A DNA stretch of 64,000 bases, taken from the IMG/VR virus record IMGVR_UViG_3300032770_000001, positions 186,001 through 250,000 of that record; one strand, 5' to 3'. The position numbers and the translations under genes are program-made. Numbering within the stretch: the first letter of the stretch is position 1; every line of letters begins with the position of its first letter. Below the pieces are notes generated by a model. The model was not told the origin of the DNA and did not search any database. It saw only the letters and a program-made list of their open reading frames with translations. Below are positions 44,596-54,982 of the stretch, in pieces.

Positions 44596-44905
44596 AACCG
44601 AACCCGGCTTCTATCTTTCTGACATCGACCCTGAGTCGAAGCAACACCTGTTCATTTACCGAACGAACCCAACCCGCATCTTCTGTATTGGCTGCTTTGA
44701 GATGTGCACCGCCGATCCTGAGGCAGCTAAAGCGTTCACCGCCAAGCATGGCTACCTCGGTGAACGAGTTGCTTTCCGCCTCGAACCGTGGGTCACCCGC
44801 TGGCAAGATGGTGATCGTCATTGGGCACGGGATGGCAATGGCAATACGGTCTGCATCACCGAACCATTTGAGATCGATCCGAAGGTGATCCGAGAACTAG
44901 AATAG
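44573..44905 (+). CDS. hypothetical protein
   Basis: Start re-called at GTG behind GAGG. Confidence 0.55.
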   Translation: MTNTVATKTEPGFYLSDIDPESKQHLFIYRTNPTRIFCIGCFEMCTADPEAAKAFTAKHGYLGERVAFRLEPWVTRWQDGDRHWARDGNGNTVCITEPFEIDPKVIRELE

Positions 44906-44918
44906 CCGTTCCTTTGGT

Positions 44919-45242
44919 ATGCGGGAGCTACTGGTCTTTCCGACAGAGATCGAGCACCAAGGGACGCGGCAACTGGTTCATGACAGCTTTCCGCAGGCGG
45001 AATTGTGTGACGTGAAACTTGAGGCGGATGAGGACATCATTACCGCCCTCAAAATCGTACCCTTGCGTCCTGCCACGTTTATTCACTGGGCATTTGAGCA
45101 AACCCAGTCCGGCCTACACGTTGTGCGTTACTGCTACAACCTCTCCATCGCCTTGACCGAGCGTCCCATGCCTCGGTGGTTAGTGCGGGAAATCATGTCA
45201 GATTCCTACCTTCGCGAAGTTTTTCAACTACCGAACCTCTAA
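44919..45242 (+). CDS. hypothetical protein
   Basis: Chain; no clear RBS. Confidence 0.55.
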   Translation: MRELLVFPTEIEHQGTRQLVHDSFPQAELCDVKLEADEDIITALKIVPLRPATFIHWAFEQTQSGLHVVRYCYNLSIALTERPMPRWLVREIMSDSYLREVFQLPNL

Positions 45243-45303
45243 TACGTGGGGCGCTTTTGCGACCCCTAGTGCAGTCAAATCACAGTAAAGTACAGAGGTC
45301 GTC

Positions 45304-46146
45304 ATGACACAAATTTCCGCTGAAGTCTCCAAACTCGCTCCGAAACTCTCGGAGAATCTCAAAACCAACCAGAAAAAGCAAGCCGTCAACAACCTAGTTG
45401 CGAGTCTGTTCAACACCGTCCGCATGTCGGAATGGGCGTTTGATTCCAAGCTCAATACCTTTAAGTTCCCGCTCAGCAAGAAGTTATCGCTGATTCTGAC
45501 CCCTACCTCAGTCGAGGTCCGCAAGGGAATCCGCACCTACCCCATCGGCAACGGCAAGGACGCCGGACGCCTGTTCGACAACATTAAGCACGCTCAGGCT
45601 GTGATCGCCAAGGCAGTTGCCGAACAAGATGTACAGGTCAAGCATTTTATGGAGGCTTTCGACATCGAAGAACTCGACCGTGAGCTTGCCAGCGGCGACA
45701 ACGACAACGCCATCACCGCCGATATCGAGAAAGTAGACATCAAGATCAAGGACGCCCCGGACTCAGTCCCGGCTGCTGTCGCCGATCCTATCGCGGAAGA
45801 AGCGGTCAAGGGTCTGGGCGGCATCGGTTTTAAGGACGATGACGGCACCACCGTCACGTTCGATGATGACGCTCCGGACGGTGATCTGTTCGCCGAGGCT
45901 CTGGATAATCCGACGAAGGCCGATCCGCTTCTCGCCATGCTGGGGTCGGAGGAAAATTACGGACCGCAGAGCCCGAAGCGCAGCTTGACGGCGGATGCCG
46001 TCGCTCAGCAGGCGAAAATCAACCTGCAATCCCTTGAGGGTCGCGTATTAACTATTGTGGAAAGTGCGTTTGCCGATAAAGAGCAGCGCACTGCTGTAAA
46101 GACCCTCGTCAAAAAAGAATTCCGTCGCACGATGGACAAACTTTAA
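45304..46146 (+). CDS. hypothetical protein (280 aa, acidic centre)
   Basis: GAGG RBS; leader hairpin GGGGCGC-TTTT-GCGACCCC. Confidence 0.7.
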   Translation: MTQISAEVSKLAPKLSENLKTNQKKQAVNNLVASLFNTVRMSEWAFDSKLNTFKFPLSKKLSLILTPTSVEVRKGIRTYPIGNGKDAGRLFDNIKHAQAVIAKAVAEQDVQVKHFMEAFDIEELDRELASGDNDNAITADIEKVDIKIKDAPDSVPAAVADPIAEEAVKGLGGIGFKDDDGTTVTFDDDAPDGDLFAEALDNPTKADPLLAMLGSEENYGPQSPKRSLTADAVAQQAKINLQSLEGRVLTIVESAFADKEQRTAVKTLVKKEFRRTMDKL

Positions 46147-46358
46147 TGGAGGGTTTCATGGAACTCAGAAAAAAGGTAAGTGAGATCGTCCAACTGTTTC
46201 GCAACGAAGATGGCACCATGGATGTGGTTTTCGATGAAGCGTCCAAGGCGCGTTCGGTAACATTCACTACGGATTACGGGGCGGTAATCAAATTCAAAAA
46301 GCCCCGTCAAACGTACCAGATGAGCGATAGAGTCGTGGGCATCTCCATTCGTGGGTAA
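46146..46358 (+). CDS. hypothetical protein
   Basis: TAATG overlaps at both ends. Confidence 0.55.
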   Translation: MEGFMELRKKVSEIVQLFRNEDGTMDVVFDEASKARSVTFTTDYGAVIKFKKPRQTYQMSDRVVGISIRG

Positions 46359-48385
46359 TGAGCGAAGAGCTTATTGATTGTCCTTTAGTCACACCGTATA
46401 CAACGGCGTGCGATATCTCGGCTGAGACTCTCAGTAAGCTCTACACGCTTCGGAACTGGAACGTGGAGCAGGACGGACCTGTCCCGTTCAAGTGGCCGTC
46501 GTACCTACGGAAGAACATCTACGATATCTCTCGCGGCACGGAATCTGATGCTCCCCTAATCCTCCGGGAGTACCAGAAGCAGGCGATCCACCATCTGTGC
46601 CGTATGCCCCGCTTCATGCTGGGGGATGCGGTCGGGCTGGGTAAGACGCTCGACGCGATTGTGGCGACCTGTTGGTTGAAGGAGCGTTTTCCAAACGCCA
46701 AACTGGTAGTGGTGACAACCAAATCCACGACGTATCAGTGGGAAGAGGAAATCACACGCTACAGCACTCTGCGTCCGTATGTGATGCGGGACACGTACAA
46801 GGGACTTACGTCGTCCAACGCTCGGTACGCGCAGATGATTGCATTCCTAGAAGGGACGAAGAAAGACGCGCTGATCGTCAAGTACACGTCCCTTATAGGG
46901 ACTCGCAAAGAGAAGAAGGCCGACCCCGGCAATCCTGAATTCGACGAAGATGGCAACCCGATTAAGAAGGGTGAAAAGGAATGGCTATCCGACGAAGTCC
47001 GCAATTTTGCGAGGATTTTCAAACAGCACGGCGAGAACATCATTCTCGTTTTCGACGAATGCCACAAATTCAAAGGCATGGGCTCCTCAACTCGGAACCT
47101 CGTGTTCAATCTCTCCCGTTTCGCTGGTCGAGTCTGGGCGATGACGGCAACCGCCATCAAGAACGATCTCGATGAATTCTACGCCATCGCCTCCGGCATC
47201 CGTATCGAGCCACTTGGATATCAGGGGGATTTTCACAACGAATACTGCATTTTCCGGCAGCAGTGGATGGGCTGCCATCGTGGAGAGCAGAAGATTCTGG
47301 TCGGCTACCAGAATATTCCGAAGTTCAAGCGAGAGATGCGCCCCTTCTTTCTTGGACGTTCTCAGCGGCAGGTGAATGAACCGCTGCCTGAATTGACCAC
47401 CATTTATCATCCCATCGAATTGGACGCCAAGCAGACGCAAATTCTGACTGAAGATTTACCCAACGGCACGATCCAATTACCTCCAGCTATTGTCAAGGTT
47501 GCAGGAGAGGTCTACGAGAAGGAACGTGATCCGAACAACCTGATGACTCAGTTGTCGGTTCAGCAATTGGTGACCAATCACTGGTGTCTGCTTGATCGCA
47601 CAAACGAAAAGGACTTTCACACGAAGGTTCTCAGCCCCAAGGAAGAAGCCCTGCTCGACATGTTGGACGGTGATTACCGTGGGGAGAAGGTCATCGTCTA
47701 TACCAAGTACCGCACGTGGATTGACCGCTTACAATGGCTGACTGACAACGGGCACTTCACCAGCCGGAAGTTCCTCCGTATCACCGGAGCCGAGAACGAA
47801 AAGCAACGCAATGAGAACAAGAAGAAGTTCCAAGACCCCGAATCCGGCTACGATCTGATTGTCATCAACGCTGCCGGGATGGAAGGCATCAATCTTCAGC
47901 AGGCAGCCCACATGGTGTTGATGGATGTACCGTGGTCGTGGGGTGATTTGATCCAGCTAGTTGGTCGAATGGTCCGCATGGCGTCACCGCACTCTGCCTG
48001 TACGTTGCACGTAATGGTAGCTCGCGGTACAATCGATGAGTACGCTATCGAGACGTTGAAGGGGAAGAAAGGTGTTTTCGAGAAAATCCTTGGAGAGAGT
48101 CATTCGGCTGGCATCTTGGATTCCAGTGGTAGTAGTCTCGATCTCGGCTCTGGAATGGATGCAGAAGGAACTGAAGAAGAGTTCAAAGAACTCCTCCGTG
48201 CGCACGTAAAGAAAGTCGGGATGAAAACTTTCCTCCTCGGTGATCTGATCTCTGAAGCGAAATCCACTGGCGACGATTACAAGATGGTCTTCGAGAAGGG
48301 CGGCAAGAAGAGTAAGAAGAAAAAGTCCAAGGAAGAGCAAGCCGTCGAGGACGCCAAGCTCGCGTCAAGATGGGATGTGTTCTAG
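46358..48385 (+). CDS. SNF2-family (SF2) helicase/ATPase
   Basis: LREYQ, GDAVGLGKT, DECH, TAT, EGINLQ, QLVGRMVR. Confidence 0.92.
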   Translation: MSEELIDCPLVTPYTTACDISAETLSKLYTLRNWNVEQDGPVPFKWPSYLRKNIYDISRGTESDAPLILREYQKQAIHHLCRMPRFMLGDAVGLGKTLDAIVATCWLKERFPNAKLVVVTTKSTTYQWEEEITRYSTLRPYVMRDTYKGLTSSNARYAQMIAFLEGTKKDALIVKYTSLIGTRKEKKADPGNPEFDEDGNPIKKGEKEWLSDEVRNFARIFKQHGENIILVFDECHKFKGMGSSTRNLVFNLSRFAGRVWAMTATAIKNDLDEFYAIASGIRIEPLGYQGDFHNEYCIFRQQWMGCHRGEQKILVGYQNIPKFKREMRPFFLGRSQRQVNEPLPELTTIYHPIELDAKQTQILTEDLPNGTIQLPPAIVKVAGEVYEKERDPNNLMTQLSVQQLVTNHWCLLDRTNEKDFHTKVLSPKEEALLDMLDGDYRGEKVIVYTKYRTWIDRLQWLTDNGHFTSRKFLRITGAENEKQRNENKKKFQDPESGYDLIVINAAGMEGINLQQAAHMVLMDVPWSWGDLIQLVGRMVRMASPHSACTLHVMVARGTIDEYAIETLKGKKGVFEKILGESHSAGILDSSGSSLDLGSGMDAEGTEEEFKELLRAHVKKVGMKTFLLGDLISEAKSTGDDYKMVFEKGGKKSKKKKSKEEQAVEDAKLASRWDVF

Positions 48386-48394
48386 GAGGATTAC

Positions 48395-48658
48395 ATGATG
48401 CATCGTCAAGTTTTACGACAAGAGCCGGACGGCTCATTTGTTGAAATCAAGTTCGCCGATCTGAAGAAGGGCGACCATTTCCGCCTGATCGGAGAGGAGA
48501 ACGACATCGAGGACGGCAAGGATTTGTATCTCGCCGACACCGATGCTTACCCCGTGGATCAGGCAAAACTGATCTCTGGCGAAGTGCTCATGCTCGCCGA
48601 GGCCGGGGCGAACTTTGCCGTGGACGTTCACGAATCAGAGGAATACATCGGTGCCTGA
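48395..48658 (+). CDS. hypothetical protein
   Basis: AGGAGG RBS. Confidence 0.65.
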   Translation: MMHRQVLRQEPDGSFVEIKFADLKKGDHFRLIGEENDIEDGKDLYLADTDAYPVDQAKLISGEVLMLAEAGANFAVDVHESEEYIGA

Positions 48659-48956
48659 GTTCTGCGATTGCCCCGATTGGGAACCATGTCCGTGTGGCGG
48701 CACCGGGCCTTGCCACTGTCAATATTGTTGCAAGGACTTGACGCCGGAACAAATGAAGGCGTTCGACTTCAACACGTGGGAACATATCCCGCCGCGACCA
48801 ACAGGGTTGCCGCAAGAGATTTATTGCGGTGCCTGCAATACGCGAGTCACAAACCCAACGAAGGAACAGGTTGATTTTCATTTCAACGATGAGCATCTAG
48901 GGCTGAATCAGGTGCGACGTTCCGCTTTGTGGACTCCCCCGGAGAGACGGCGATGA
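48651..48956 (+). CDS. Cys-rich hypothetical protein
   Basis: GAGG RBS before GTG; many CxC/CxxC. Confidence 0.55.
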   Translation: MPEFCDCPDWEPCPCGGTGPCHCQYCCKDLTPEQMKAFDFNTWEHIPPRPTGLPQEIYCGACNTRVTNPTKEQVDFHFNDEHLGLNQVRRSALWTPPERRR

Positions 48957-49627
48957 CATACGAAAAGCTTTACATCAAAGTGTTGAATGCGATCTACCGC
49001 ATCAAGCGGTATTTCAAACCCGCCGATTGCTGTAGTCACTTCAAGAATGCCGATGGTCGGCTGGTGGACTGCGAGGACTGGATTGGCTATCAGGATTGCA
49101 TGTACCCCGGCTGCGGTCACTATTACATCGAGCACGGCTTCGGCGGCTCCAGCGCATTGCTCTACGTCAAGCCGGAGCTAACCAAGCATCAATGGGCCAT
49201 CGATGGACAGGGCGGCGTCTGTACGTTCTGCAATACCGCAATGACCGACGCCAACATGAACGATGAATGCCCGAACACGTTGAAGAAGGGCGACACAGTC
49301 ACAGACCCGATGGGTTGCCTGAACGCGGGATGCGACATGTGTCCCAAATTCTGGACAAAAGAGGACTTGCATGATTTCGTACAACAATTGAGTGTTGCAC
49401 GAAATCATGCATCCCACTGGTTCCACCTTGACGAATGCCCCGGCGTGCTGGGTTCGTATGCGCGAGTGACCACTATTGTAGAAGTAGATGTTACCATGCG
49501 CTACCCCTGCACTCCGGAAGAGTACGCAACCATGATGGACAAATCGCGGGAGCTACAGGCGAAATTCCCCCACATCGCTTTCAACTTTCATGTTCAATTT
49601 GAGTCCCGCAAAGAACCGGAAGAGTGA
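48953..49627 (+). CDS. Cys/His-rich hypothetical protein
   Basis: ATGA overlap, GGAG RBS. Confidence 0.6.
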   Translation: MTYEKLYIKVLNAIYRIKRYFKPADCCSHFKNADGRLVDCEDWIGYQDCMYPGCGHYYIEHGFGGSSALLYVKPELTKHQWAIDGQGGVCTFCNTAMTDANMNDECPNTLKKGDTVTDPMGCLNAGCDMCPKFWTKEDLHDFVQQLSVARNHASHWFHLDECPGVLGSYARVTTIVEVDVTMRYPCTPEEYATMMDKSRELQAKFPHIAFNFHVQFESRKEPEE

Positions 49628-49639
49628 GTATTGTAGGGT

Positions 49640-49954
49640 ATGGGTACCAAGCCTATAATTTCGGCTGTGACGGTCTCCGTGGATTTTGGGGATAAGGAAT
49701 ATGGAAATGGTTCCAATTCCTTCATGAACATCAGCGCCCGTTACCCGGAGCCCGGTGTTCAGCTTGAAGACCTTGGTGATGTAATCGATCAAGGACTCGA
49801 CATGTACTTTGCAGCATGGAAGACCATGCTCTCGGCCCGCTACGCGACCGGAATTCTGGCGGGTAACGACTATAAAACGTACCTCGAAGAAGCAACCAAA
49901 CGAATTGCCAAAGCACGCAAGCATTTGAGGAAGCCGATAGATGAGCAGCAATGA
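49640..49954 (+). CDS. hypothetical protein
   Basis: Follows AGTATT motif; probably leaderless. Confidence 0.65.
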   Translation: MGTKPIISAVTVSVDFGDKEYGNGSNSFMNISARYPEPGVQLEDLGDVIDQGLDMYFAAWKTMLSARYATGILAGNDYKTYLEEATKRIAKARKHLRKPIDEQQ

Positions 49955-50939
49955 CGACCTGCATGGATTTCGAGCCGAGACCCTGCTTGGCGACGATTCC
50001 TACATCCTGAAACAGATTGCCGACTTGAAGCGTGACGTTCGCTACAGCACGGCTGGCAACGAGATTTCCATCGACGACTATTACAAGCGTCTGGAGGATC
50101 AGGTCGCCAAACTGCCCCGTATCGCTCTCGATTATGCGATTCCTCCCGGCACCGAGGATGAGTACGGCACCCGTCTGTCCCACTCTTACGAACAAGTCAC
50201 CGATGATTGTGAGCGGGTTGGCAATCTGGTGCTCGATTTCCAGAGCCGCCTCATGAACGCTCAGAGCTACATCAAGCGCCTGCGCACCGAATTCGGTGCG
50301 TGGTATATCCTCGCGGCTCAGTTGCAGACCTCCAATCTCGGCATCAAGTTTCCGCCGAATCAGGTGAAAGCACTATCCGAATCCGAATTCTGCCGTGTAG
50401 CTGAGGGGCTGGACGTGCAGGTTGAGAGCCTGTTGGCGCTGGTCGCCCATCTATATGAGACGGTCAAGAGCACCAAGAAGATCGGCGGCGAGAAGTACAA
50501 TCAGGGCAAGGATCAAGTCAACTTGAGCTATACCAGCCGCATGGCAAATGCCACGGCACCCATCGCGCCGAGCAAGGCGAATGACATGGCGGTTGTGCCT
50601 GAGGATGAGGACGAGGGAGAAGTCCCGGCTTTCGTTAGCAAGCGTCCACAGGTCAAGGAACCTATCATTGAGGGAACGTGCAATCTCACCGAGATCAAGC
50701 CGCATGTCGAGGCGGAACCCGCGAAGATGCAATCAGTTCTGGATGCGGCGAAACCGGGCGAGACGGTTGTCCTGCAATTCAAAGACGATGTGTCCCCTCT
50801 CATCGCCGGAATCAAGGACGAGGTCGTGGTAGCAGTCGAGACGCCGGACGATATCGCCTCTTTCCTAAACCAACCTGCGCAGGCACCGAGTACGCCTCGC
50901 CGTAAGTTACTTCTGACAGAAGATGAGGACTTAATGTGA
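49941..50939 (+). CDS. hypothetical protein (helical N-half, low-complexity acidic C-half)
   Basis: GAGG RBS; 332 aa. Confidence 0.7.
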   Translation: MSSNDDLHGFRAETLLGDDSYILKQIADLKRDVRYSTAGNEISIDDYYKRLEDQVAKLPRIALDYAIPPGTEDEYGTRLSHSYEQVTDDCERVGNLVLDFQSRLMNAQSYIKRLRTEFGAWYILAAQLQTSNLGIKFPPNQVKALSESEFCRVAEGLDVQVESLLALVAHLYETVKSTKKIGGEKYNQGKDQVNLSYTSRMANATAPIAPSKANDMAVVPEDEDEGEVPAFVSKRPQVKEPIIEGTCNLTEIKPHVEAEPAKMQSVLDAAKPGETVVLQFKDDVSPLIAGIKDEVVVAVETPDDIASFLNQPAQAPSTPRRKLLLTEDEDLM

Positions 50940-51229
50940 TGGAACTGATTACAGGCATTCACAATCGTCGCGTTGCAGAGAATAAGCTGAAGGCGTTGAA
51001 GTGGAAGCTTCGGCAGTCAAAGCGCCAACAAGCACGGCTGGAGAAAGAAATCTTTCAGCTTGAAAACAAGGTTTGGGATTTGGAAGTGCGTCTGGTTAAA
51101 CCAAGCCAGATGTGTCGCAACAACTGGACAAGTGGCTATTACTGCGCCCTGAAGAAGGGGCACAAAGGCGGCTGTCAGGGGCAGGCACCGCCTCCGGTCT
51201 ATAGAAACTTCAAGCGAGTCTATGAATGA
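50936..51229 (+). CDS. hypothetical protein (coiled coil + Cys/His motif)
   Basis: GTGA overlap; CALKKGHKGGC. Confidence 0.6.
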   Translation: MMELITGIHNRRVAENKLKALKWKLRQSKRQQARLEKEIFQLENKVWDLEVRLVKPSQMCRNNWTSGYYCALKKGHKGGCQGQAPPPVYRNFKRVYE

Positions 51230-51762
51230 GCTTCTGTAGCACAATTGAACATCGTCGTAGCGGTCAATTCCTGAGCCTCGCTCTACACACGATTGCGATG
51301 GCCGACCCAATCATGCGTATCGAGGACGCTCGCTATGAGGCGCGAGAAGGTCGGAAGAAAAGTCGTCGCCCTTCGCGCAAAAACGAATCCAAGCAGTTTG
51401 ATCTCTTCCCGCTGACTAAAGAGCAGGCGGAAAGCTTCGCCGGATTCGCCAAGACCCTACGGTACTTCCTTGAGTCTTATCAGGAAGATGTCATCAAGAC
51501 CAAACCGAAGGATAACCGTAAGATGTGGGGACCGGGCGGACGGCTGCACGATCTGGAATACTGCGACTACGAGTTTTACGATTTCTGGTACCACATGATT
51601 CGTGATCTGAGTCCGGAGGTATGGGAGACGCGGGTCAAAGAGCTTGAGAAGATTGGTGAGAACAGCATCGTCGAGGACTATGAGCCGAGCATCAAGTTCC
51701 TGTACCAAATCAACGCCCGTGCCCTTTGGGAACACGAGAGCCATCGCAGAGGTTGCTTCTAA
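51226..51762 (+). CDS. hypothetical protein
   Basis: ATGA and TAATG overlaps. Confidence 0.6.
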   Translation: MSFCSTIEHRRSGQFLSLALHTIAMADPIMRIEDARYEAREGRKKSRRPSRKNESKQFDLFPLTKEQAESFAGFAKTLRYFLESYQEDVIKTKPKDNRKMWGPGGRLHDLEYCDYEFYDFWYHMIRDLSPEVWETRVKELEKIGENSIVEDYEPSIKFLYQINARALWEHESHRRGCF

Positions 51763-52445
51763 TGAATGTTCAAGAGTTTGACATGGATGTACAGGCTCTT
51801 CGGAAGAAGCACCATCTGACCGAGCAGATTCGGGTAAATCAGCGGCTCGCACAGGGCGAGTACCTTCCGATCAATGAACTTTTGATGCTGTTCGATTACG
51901 AACTCGCTGAGAAGCTGCGGAATATGGTGAAGGACAGCTTCAGGCTATTCATGGACGCTCCCGGCTCCAGTCACAACCACCAAGCATGGCAAGGTGGGTA
52001 CATCGACCACGTGACTGAGACCATGAACATCGCCATCGTTGAGTACGGAGCATTCTGCAACCTCGGTCGCTACTTTCCGTTCAGTGTCACCGATGCTCTG
52101 CTCGTTATGTTCCTCCATGATCTGGAGAAACCCTTCAAATCTCAGGGGAGCCTGAGCCGCTGCCAGTGCAAATTCGGTGCGGACTGTGTATGTCCCCTGC
52201 CCGTCAAGGCAACCAAGGAAAACCGCCGCAAATTTCGTGACGATATGATCGCGGAATATGGTATTGAACTAACAGTGGAGCAGAAGAATGCCCTGCGCTA
52301 CGTAGAGGGCATCCCGGATTCCGAGTACAAGCCGGGGGAGCGCATCATGGGCGAGTTGGCTGCCTTCTGTCACACTTGCGACATCCTGAGCGCCCGTCTC
52401 TGGCATGATTGGGGACGCGAGCGATCATGGGGGAGAGTTGAATAG
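51762..52445 (+). CDS. HD-domain phosphohydrolase (YhaM-like)
   Basis: APGSSHNHQAWQGGYIDH, FLHDLEK, HTCD. Confidence 0.8.
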   Translation: MNVQEFDMDVQALRKKHHLTEQIRVNQRLAQGEYLPINELLMLFDYELAEKLRNMVKDSFRLFMDAPGSSHNHQAWQGGYIDHVTETMNIAIVEYGAFCNLGRYFPFSVTDALLVMFLHDLEKPFKSQGSLSRCQCKFGADCVCPLPVKATKENRRKFRDDMIAEYGIELTVEQKNALRYVEGIPDSEYKPGERIMGELAAFCHTCDILSARLWHDWGRERSWGRVE

Positions 52446-52628
52446 TGTACCTGAATCTTCAGATCGGTAAGTTCAACTTCACGGTCGGTAAACCGACCAA
52501 CAAACCCGCGAAAAAGCCAATGGTTATGCAGGTTTCGCACCCTGTGATGAACGGTCGGATCGTCGATCAAGAATTTATTATCGACGATGAATCAAAGCTC
52601 CGCTACCAAAACTAAGAATAGACACACC

Positions 52629-53102
52629 ATGATTGAGATCGTCATCGACCCTAAATTCACGGGTCCGAGCATTATCGATCAGCAGTTCGTTCTTCGAAAC
52701 ATCCAAGACGACGTGATAGAGTTGCGCTGGTCGAACAAGCGTGAAGAAATCGCAGTGTTGAACCGATTTCTTGACTTGAACTTTCGCTTCTTTGTGTCCG
52801 ACGCCTTGATGCAGGAGAAGTCGGCAATCACGCTGGGGCTTCCGGTTGAATTCGAGAACAACACGATGAACGAAGCGAAATTGGCGTTAAATACGCGAAA
52901 ATCGTATGATTGGCGCAAGTTTTGTGAACAACGCTCTCACGTCTACACCCGTAATCTTTTGATCCGCATCGCCGCTGATTCTCTCCGCAAAGGGAAAGAA
53001 TCGTGTCTCGCCGCCGTCGTCGCCGACTTAGCCAAGAAGTCTGGTATTAACCTTGTAGAAGACGCAGATATTCTATTGCGACTCAAAGCCCTACAAGGAT
53101 AA
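52629..53102 (+). CDS. hypothetical protein
   Basis: ORF in chain; start uncertain. Confidence 0.6.
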   Translation: MIEIVIDPKFTGPSIIDQQFVLRNIQDDVIELRWSNKREEIAVLNRFLDLNFRFFVSDALMQEKSAITLGLPVEFENNTMNEAKLALNTRKSYDWRKFCEQRSHVYTRNLLIRIAADSLRKGKESCLAAVVADLAKKSGINLVEDADILLRLKALQG

Positions 53103-53104
53103 GC

Positions 53105-53380
53105 ATGTTTGAAGACGATGACGATGATGAGTTTCCAGCTAAATGGCTGGATAAAAAGCACTACATCCGCATCGATCCTAAGACAGGCAAACCGCAACTG
53201 GTCCGCGTAGAGCCATTCATCACGGAAGGGCAGGAATTTATTCCCTACCAAGTCAAAGTGTTCGTTGATGACACTCAGGAATTGGTCATGGGGCGCGAAG
53301 AAGCCGAGATGTACATAGCGATGACTGGATGCTCACCGCTGGAGGTCGCAGCGCAATGGAAGCACAAAAGCGAACACTGA
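53105..53380 (+). CDS. hypothetical protein
   Basis: AAGGA RBS. Confidence 0.6.
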   Translation: MFEDDDDDEFPAKWLDKKHYIRIDPKTGKPQLVRVEPFITEGQEFIPYQVKVFVDDTQELVMGREEAEMYIAMTGCSPLEVAAQWKHKSEH

Positions 53381-53991
53381 AGCACCAGTGGGTACCTGCC
53401 CATCAACTTCTTTCAACTGAGACCGGGGACTATCCGGTGTGCAAACGTTGTGGCTTCGTCCAGAACGAGAAAAACAAGGACAAACCTTGCGTCGATAAAA
53501 GACTTTCCAAGGGAATTCATGGTATTCTAAGAAAGGAACAAGGTATTCTAAGAAAGGAACAAGAGCAAATGAACGCAAAAGAAGCCAGAGCAACCGCTAC
53601 GAAGCGGGCAACAGAAATCGAAAATGCACGTCAAGAGAAAGAGCGCCGGGAAGCCGAAGCTTCCGCTCAGAAGTGGCGTGAAGAGAAAGCCAACTGGGAG
53701 AAAAATCAAATCCGCTGGATCACCGAGCGGATCGCCGAAGCGGTAAGCAAGGGTCAGCACAGCACCAGCTTCCAGATGGAAGCCAACGATGACGAGGAAC
53801 GATCCGGTGAGAAATGGTTTTGGCAAGTGACTCCGTACAAAGCTGAGATGAAGCGAGTGATGAAGCACTTCGAGGATTTGGGCTACACGCTTGAGTTCTA
53901 TGTCAAGAACCGGGAGAACGTCGATCTTTCGGACTTGAATCCCCGCGACAACTGGATCACTTACGAAACCCGCTTGAAGGTGAGTTGGTGA
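53356..53991 (+). CDS. hypothetical protein (probable second in-frame start at 53569)
   Basis: GGAGG RBS at 53341; internal AAAGGA RBS before ATG 53569. Confidence 0.55.
   Translation: MEAQKRTLKHQWVPAHQLLSTETGDYPVCKRCGFVQNEKNKDKPCVDKRLSKGIHGILRKEQGILRKEQEQMNAKEARATATKRATEIENARQEKERREAEASAQKWREEKANWEKNQIRWITERIAEAVSKGQHSTSFQMEANDDEERSGEKWFWQVTPYKAEMKRVMKHFEDLGYTLEFYVKNRENVDLSDLNPRDNWITYETRLKVSW
53521..53562 (+). repeat. perfect 21-nt tandem duplication
   Basis: GGTATTCTAAGAAAGGAACAA x2. Confidence 0.95.
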
Positions 53992-53994
53992 AAC

Positions 53995-54441
53995 GTGGTT
54001 CACCCAAGCCAGAAAAAGCGTAACCACCCGAACCACGGGCCGAACATCTACGATCCGAATTGCGAGGGCTGTCGCAAATACGGGATGTGGAAGTCGAAGG
54101 TTTGGAATCGGCATCTGCTGGACAAGGATGATCCGGCGTATCTGCCGGAAGGTCGCACGCCGGAGAACCCTCGTAGTCAAAAACGGCTTAACCCCAAGTA
54201 TGGCTATCACGCCGTCAAGATCAAGAAGGGCGTGCTGGGTGAGATCAGCAAGATTCAGGAAGAGCTTGACGAACTGAAGGACGCCGAGAACCAAGGGGTC
54301 AAAATTCTCATTGCTGTTGAGCTTTCTGACCTGTTCGGAGCCATCCGCGAGTACGCGAAAAAGTACGGGCTCAAGATGGCAGACCTGCATGACATGGCAA
54401 AATTGACGCGCAAAGCGTTTGAACAAGGACACCGGAAATGA
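53995..54441 (+). CDS. MazG-like all-alpha NTP pyrophosphatase-domain protein
   Basis: SKIQEELDEL.DA...VELSDLFGAI fits ExxE...ExxD. Confidence 0.6.
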   Translation: MVHPSQKKRNHPNHGPNIYDPNCEGCRKYGMWKSKVWNRHLLDKDDPAYLPEGRTPENPRSQKRLNPKYGYHAVKIKKGVLGEISKIQEELDELKDAENQGVKILIAVELSDLFGAIREYAKKYGLKMADLHDMAKLTRKAFEQGHRK

Positions 54442-54629
54442 ACAAAGACGACAACCCCAACATCGTGAACATCATCACTGAAGGCAACATGGTTCAGGTC
54501 GATAAAGACGGTCGAGTTCTTCTCTCCAAGGAAGACAGCAAGCGACTTAAACGTATCGAGAAGATGTTGGAAATTCTACTTGAGGGCGGCTACCCTCAGC
54601 AGTTTGAGGAGCTACGCAAACTACAATGA
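54438..54629 (+). CDS. hypothetical protein
   Basis: ATGA overlaps. Confidence 0.55.
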   Translation: MNKDDNPNIVNIITEGNMVQVDKDGRVLLSKEDSKRLKRIEKMLEILLEGGYPQQFEELRKLQ

Positions 54630-54982
54630 GCTACATGCAATGTCCAAAATGCGGCGGCTGGTTTGGTATTGTCGGGCCGCAGATTTTTCAATGCGGCTGT
54701 CCACATACACCTAAGCGGTTCTCATTCTCCGGTGTCAAACGTAAAGTCGCCATCGACGACGACATCTGGCAGTCCACACAGCAGTACGTCAAGGATCAGA
54801 TCGCAATCATGAAACGTCATGGTTCCGATCCCGGACTCACTGAGGAAGAGTTCAATGATCTGGCGTACACAGTCGCGGAGTATCCACAAACTATCCGCAA
54901 TCTGCAAAAGAAGGCTGAGGCGAAACTTGCTAACAACGTGGGTGGGACCGGAACAGTACAATCGACTCCTACGGGCGATTGA
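54626..54982 (+). CDS. hypothetical protein
   Basis: GAGGAG RBS; CPKC...CGC. Confidence 0.6.
   Translation: MSYMQCPKCGGWFGIVGPQIFQCGCPHTPKRFSFSGVKRKVAIDDDIWQSTQQYVKDQIAIMKRHGSDPGLTEEEFNDLAYTVAEYPQTIRNLQKKAEAKLANNVGGTGTVQSTPTGD

Noticed and set aside
46358-48385. Intein or intron in the SNF2 helicase
   Set aside because: Motifs are normally spaced; only a short charged insertion, with no intein terminal signatures.
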